Shown: positions 59,297 to 64,000 of the stretch, one piece after another
How positions within the stretch are numbered: the stretch's first letter is position 1
Layout of the letters: the number at the start of each line of letters is the position of its first letter
Assembly (NCBI RefSeq): GCF_964188315.1
Contig: NC_135662.1
Span: forward strand, 78,492,001 to 78,556,000
Reading direction: 5' to 3'
Source: Podarcis muralis
Taxonomy: Eukaryota
DNA: 64,000 nt
The notes under the pieces: generated by a model
Database searches by the model: none
Told to the model about the DNA's origin: nothing
The model's input: the letters and a program-made list of their open reading frames with translations, nothing else
Translations under genes and position numbers: made by a program

Positions 59297-60959
59297 TAAA
59301 CTTGCTTTGGATTGGGCTCCCGGTGTTAACTGTTCCTGAAGGTTGCATTTCTGAAGGTTCTCACCAGAGGTGATGCGTTATCACTATGCATAAATAGCAA
59401 TGAATTGTGAGTTGTGCATCTCTGCAAGGAGAGTGGAAGGAGTGAGAGAAAAACAACATTGTCTCCACCTCTTATAACCACCTGGCTCCGGCTTTTGTGA
59501 CCAGACCTGCCATGAGCTGCCCAACCCACCATCCCCAATGGGGAGCAGATGCCACGGTCTACCCCCCTTCTTAGCATATTAAGCAACATGTCAGTCTCAT
59601 AAGCTGACGGTCCTGAGTTTGAGCCTCTCAGAATTTTTGCCAAAGGGTGTGTTCAGCTGCACTCTCTAAGAAGGGAAAAGGGAAGACTTGATGTTGTGGC
59701 TGGTGAGTTGGGGGGTCTTGATTGCTGTTACTTATCTATATTCAGCATTTGCAAGTAATAAGTAAAGAAAGAAACAAAAATATCCCTTGACCAGCAGTTG
59801 AAGAAAGGGGGGCATTCTGTGACTTGATGGGTTCGGGACAGTAGGGGGATCCTGATCCTAAGCCTGTTCAGCTTCGTCATATGCCCTGGCAACCCACAAA
59901 GGTCTTCTTTCTACCAGATTAGGCAGAGGGTGTGGCATAACTTTAGGTGGCTTATCTTGCTTTATGCTACCTTAAACTGCAGAGGATTGACCCCTTAAAT
60001 ACTGTTTGTCATTTTTTCTTAAATGTCATTAAAAATAAAATTGTAGCTGGCCAGCACACATTGCAGTGGAGCTGGAGCTGTTGAGCACGCTGCTGATTTT
60101 TAGGAGGCAACAATAAAAAATTGATATGGTTTGCAAATATATTATGCCGTAAATGTAAAATATTCTAATTTTAATTTTAATATGCAAAAACAAAATTCAT
60201 TAAACATAGTAATCCACTTTATGAAATAAATGCCACGCAAGTTTAATTTTCAGAACATTGCTTGAGGCAGCAGTTTGACATTTTCATGAAATCTGATTAG
60301 GTTTCAGAGTTATGCTGAGAAATAGCTTTTCTAAAAGAAAATGCCAGTTAATTAGTAAGCCTTAGTAAAATTAGGGAAAACGCTTTGATATTTTTTTGTT
60401 GTGCTTTCCAATAAGAGGGGACAGAAGATATATTTTCTCTGATCCAATTACGAGCAATATGTACTCAGATCAATCCCCATATATCTCAAGCTGGATGACA
60501 GCGCAGAAATACAAAGCTCAGCATATTTACTCAAGGAACACCCTCAAGACCTAACAACATCAGCATGCCATCAAGGGATTTCACCTGCACACCTTCTGAT
60601 GTAGTATATGCTATTATGTGCCAGCAGTACTGACCTGCTACTTACATTGACCTAAGTAGACCTCTGCAATGCAAGAGAGAACTAATAGGTAGGCAGGAGT
60701 CTTTAAAAGGTGACACTCGGAAATCACAGCAGGGGCATTCCAAGCTAGGGCTATTCTACTTTCATTTTGTTTTGGGTTTTGTCTGATTTTGAGTGGGGCA
60801 TTTCTGGGTGACCTGTTTGGGCTGAAGCAAAGGAAGAAAGGGGATGGGGCATAAATTTGTTTGGAGGTAGGGAGGTAGCTTCCATCTCTCTTTTTTTAAT
60901 TGTTAACTGAGCAAACCTTCCTTCTTTTCCGGTGTGCTTTTGGGAAGACATTGTCCATC

Positions 60960-61660
60960 TTGTTCCCCCCCTGCACTCATCTCTCTACCTGTGGCTCCTA
61001 GAAGCTGTCAGCGTGCGACAGCAGCCACACCCCGGGAGTGACTTCAACTGGCCAGCTAAAACAGGTGATGGGTCTCTAACTCTCAGTGAGTTATGGACTT
61101 CCCCTGCATGAGAAGACAGGCTCCTGCAGATTGAGTGGACAAAACCAACAGTGGCTCCAGTGGTCAGGAAGGCAGTTTCTGCACATACTGTAGAGGGAAG
61201 TGAGAGGCAGATGGGGCGTGTTAACCAGGGAAGGGAGCCCATCTAGGAGAAGGAAGGCCCCAAACCTTCACTGTCTTGTGGGATATCTTTGGGAGAAGAA
61301 AAGGCTAAGGAATAAACCCTACACAAATCCTAAGTCGGTTGGGTGGCACCTTGTACTCCTCTTTCTGGCAACTCCTGCAGCCAAGTTGGTGCTCTGCTTT
61401 CCTTTGGACCACGCCAACGAGGGTGGTCTTGTTGTCTGAGCAGCCCAGGACCTCCATATACACAGCCCTGGCTTACATCCTGGGGAGGTCACTTCTGGGC
61501 TTCTAATGCAGTGGTTTTGCTTCACCTCCAGATGTGTGGGAGCCACACATCAATGGTGGGTGTGGCCAGAAGTTTGTGCACATGCATGCACAAACTGACC
61601 TCGCGCATCACGACACACACTGTCTCTCGAGACAGGCATATGCAAAAACAACAACAACAA
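60960..61660 (+). mobile_element. Non-coding RTE-related element with (CAA)n tail
   Basis: RTE 5'-UTR-like segment (GGGAGCCCATCTAGGAGAAGG), body shared with 48765-49170, and TGTCTCTCGAGACAG followed by CAACAACAAC. Confidence 0.55.
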
Positions 61661-61723
61661 ACAGCAGGGTCAAATTGGCAGTGGCAACTCTTTATCAGAT
61701 TTCCACAGCTGCTTATTCTACAC

Positions 61724-61859
61724 CAGGCTTCCTCAATCTCGGCCCTCCAGATGTTTTGAGACTCCAATTCCCAGCATCCCTGACCACTGGTCCTGCTAGC
61801 TAGGGATCATGGGAGTTGTAGGCCAAAAACTTCTGGAGGGCCGAGTTTGAGGAAGCCTG
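61724..61859. mobile_element. hAT (Charlie-like) palindromic MITE
   Basis: CAGGCTTCCTCAA...TTGAGGAAGCCTG. TSD TTCTACAC/CTCTACAC. Confidence 0.92.
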
Positions 61860-61949
61860 CTCTACACTCAGTCGAACTAACAATCTACAATAAATTCAAT
61901 GTCTTTAACAAAATCACTTCTTGTTGTGTCCTTTACATATTCAAAGTAT

Positions 61950-61950
<1 letters not shown>

Positions 61951-61991
<41 letters not shown>
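61951..61991. repeat. (AC)n microsatellite
   Basis: Directly visible. Confidence 0.97.
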
Positions 61992-61993
<2 letters not shown>

Positions 61994-62603
61994 ATTTTAC
62001 ATTAAAGTAAATGGGAATTATATTGGTGTTGGTGGGTGAGCCCACATCCAGTGCTTTGGGAAAGTATTGTATTGCGTGCTTAAGGGGCAATTCACTTGAG
62101 TAAGGAAATCATTGCTTTTGGCTGTTGCTGCATTGCAATAGATGGAGGTGAACAGATTTTAGTTTATTACTCATTTAAAAGCTGAAGCAGAAATGGCCTT
62201 CAACCATATGTCACCCTCTCTTTTACTTTTTCTTTGAAGGACTCTTTAGAACACTTGTTAAAACGCTAGTGGCTGTTTTCTGGTTGTCTAGTTTTCTCTT
62301 CAGTACGCTTGTTCCTTTCCTTTAAAAAAGAAAAAGAAAAAGAAACCATTCAAACATGTATAAATAAAATGGCATGTTTTAAAACAAACCATAAAAAACA
62401 AATTCAGCTAATTGGCATTTTCTGCAAATGCAAACATTTTAGGAGATAATTTGTATCTTTTTTTGACCTTTCTGAATATTTTAATGCATGACATACTGGC
62501 TTAGACATAACAGCAAACCATGCTTTGCCATTAAAAGAACTGAGCTTGCCTGAACCTCAGACCCATGCACTCCCTAAAGCTGCAATTTTTCACTTTTCAA
62601 TAA

Positions 62604-62837
62604 CAGTCATACCTTGGAAGTCGAATGGAATCCATTCCGGAACTTCCAAAACGTTCAAACCAAAGCACAGCTTCTGATTGGCTGCAGGAAGTTCCTGCAG
62701 CCAATCAGAAGCCCTGTCAGATGTTCGGCTTCCAAAAATAGTTCGCAAACCACAACAGTCACTTCCAGGTTTGCAGCATTCGGAGCCAAAACGTTCGAGA
62801 ACGAGAACTAAGCTGTTTGAAAACCAAGGTAAAACTG
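62604..62837. mobile_element. Tigger-like MITE, divergent subfamily
   Basis: CAGTCATACCTTGG...CCAAGGTAAAACTG|TA. Internal perfect 19-bp inverted repeat CTTCTGATTGGCTGCAGGA/TCCTGCAGCCAATCAGAAG. Confidence 0.75.
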
Positions 62838-63214
62838 TAGCTAATTTTAATCAATTCACAAAATTTATATACCATTTGATTGTTAAAAAAAGGGGGGCAG
62901 ACCTCAAAATAGTTCACAAAAAGAAATAACATTTAACAACAATCCCCCATTGCATCCAAACTTGAGAAACTCTGGCTAGTTAAAAGGAAACAAACCAGTA
63001 TCTGAAACCCCCTGTTTCTTTCGTATATATCTGTAAAGTGACATATAACCTGATGGTGCTATATAAAAGAAAATGTGAAAAACTGTGGTGTGCTTAATCC
63101 CTATTTCCTGGCACAGCAAAAATTAACCAGGCCAGGGCTGAAATGTGCTTTGGCTGCAGGAGTTCATAGCAGGAGAAGGTAAAATAAGGAGACTGTAAGC
63201 ATCAGGGTCTAGAT

Positions 63215-63351
63215 CAGGCATAGGCAAACTCATCCCTCCAAATGTTTTTGGGACTACAACTCCCATCATCCCTAGCTAACAGGACCAGTGGTCAGGGATT
63301 ATGGGAACTGTAGTCTCAAAACATCTGGAGGGCCGAGTTTGCCTATGGCTA
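63215..63351. mobile_element. hAT (Charlie-like) palindromic MITE
   Basis: CAGGCATAGGCAAACT...AGTTTGCCTATGGCTA. Perfect 8-bp TSD GTCTAGAT. Confidence 0.92.
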
Positions 63352-64000
63352 GTCTAGATGTTAATGGTGTTCTCTTTAATCAAAACTTTAATCAAACTTA
63401 ATTTATATAACAAAACAGTGAATTTATTTAACAAAACACCCATGGTATGTAACAGGATAGTCAGACACTGTTGAGTCTCCAGGTCAAAACTACCTATAGC
63501 TGTTTATTTCCCCAGATTAGGATGTAATCTTATGGTATACAGACTTATTGAGCAGTGTGACATTGAACTCAGTAGAGCTTCCTTCTGAGTAGAAATGTAT
63601 AGGAATCCACTATTATTTGGGTAACAATGGGCGTCTATGGGATGGCCTTATTAAGGCTGAAAGCGACTGTAAAAGGCCACCTAAGATGAATTATAAATAG
63701 AACCCGACAGATGTTATCATGAGCCTATTTTTGAAACTTCCTTTTGCAGATCCCAGATGTTCTCTTACAAATAGCATTACTAAGCCAATCCCTGTACTTT
63801 TAGTGGTATATGTATATTTTTTTGCATACTACAGCTACACAGATGGCAGCTGTGGCCAGTTTTAAAGTGATGCTAAACTAGACAGGCATTCCTTTGCTGT
63901 TAATGTTTATGCATGTCTCACTAACTAAAATGCTCTGACAAAGCTTGCGATTCAAAGCAAGAAGAGATAAATGAAGGCAGTTTTACTCCTCTTGCCTTTT

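Noticed and set aside
59326-59643. ORF with LFMHSDNASPLVRTF, faintly like a DIRS tyrosine recombinase
   Set aside because: No catalytic R-H-R-Y pattern; similarity is at chance level.

Overview
This is vertebrate genomic DNA from a squamate. The evidence is Sauria SINEs, BovB, squamate-type L2/CR1/L1 and MITEs; a lacertid lizard is my best guess (inference). A CpG island at about 5.7-8.3 kb holds the probable promoter and first, apparently non-coding, exon of a + strand gene, with a strong donor TGG|GTGAGT at 7189/7190. I cannot identify the gene. I recognise no host coding exon in the remaining ~57 kb, which reads as one long TE-dense first intron. All protein-like ORFs are retroelement debris: L2 endonuclease, L2/L1/BovB/CR1 C-termini and a DIRS/Ngaro RNase H. 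Many insertions keep their target-site duplications (TSDs), so nesting order can be read directly. The most notable items are: (1) a Penelope-type minimal hammerhead ribozyme at 17563-17602, sense to the host transcript, whose stem I is extended to about 47 bp by an inversion that breaks at the predicted cleavage site; (2) a TSD-bounded L2 derivative that keeps a complete endonuclease domain but lacks the RT, nested in a solo LTR; (3) a 5S-headed, CR1-tailed SINE next to a tRNA SINE with the same tail; (4) a young hAT MITE carrying a telomere-like G4 motif. There is a 200-N assembly gap at 9229-9428.
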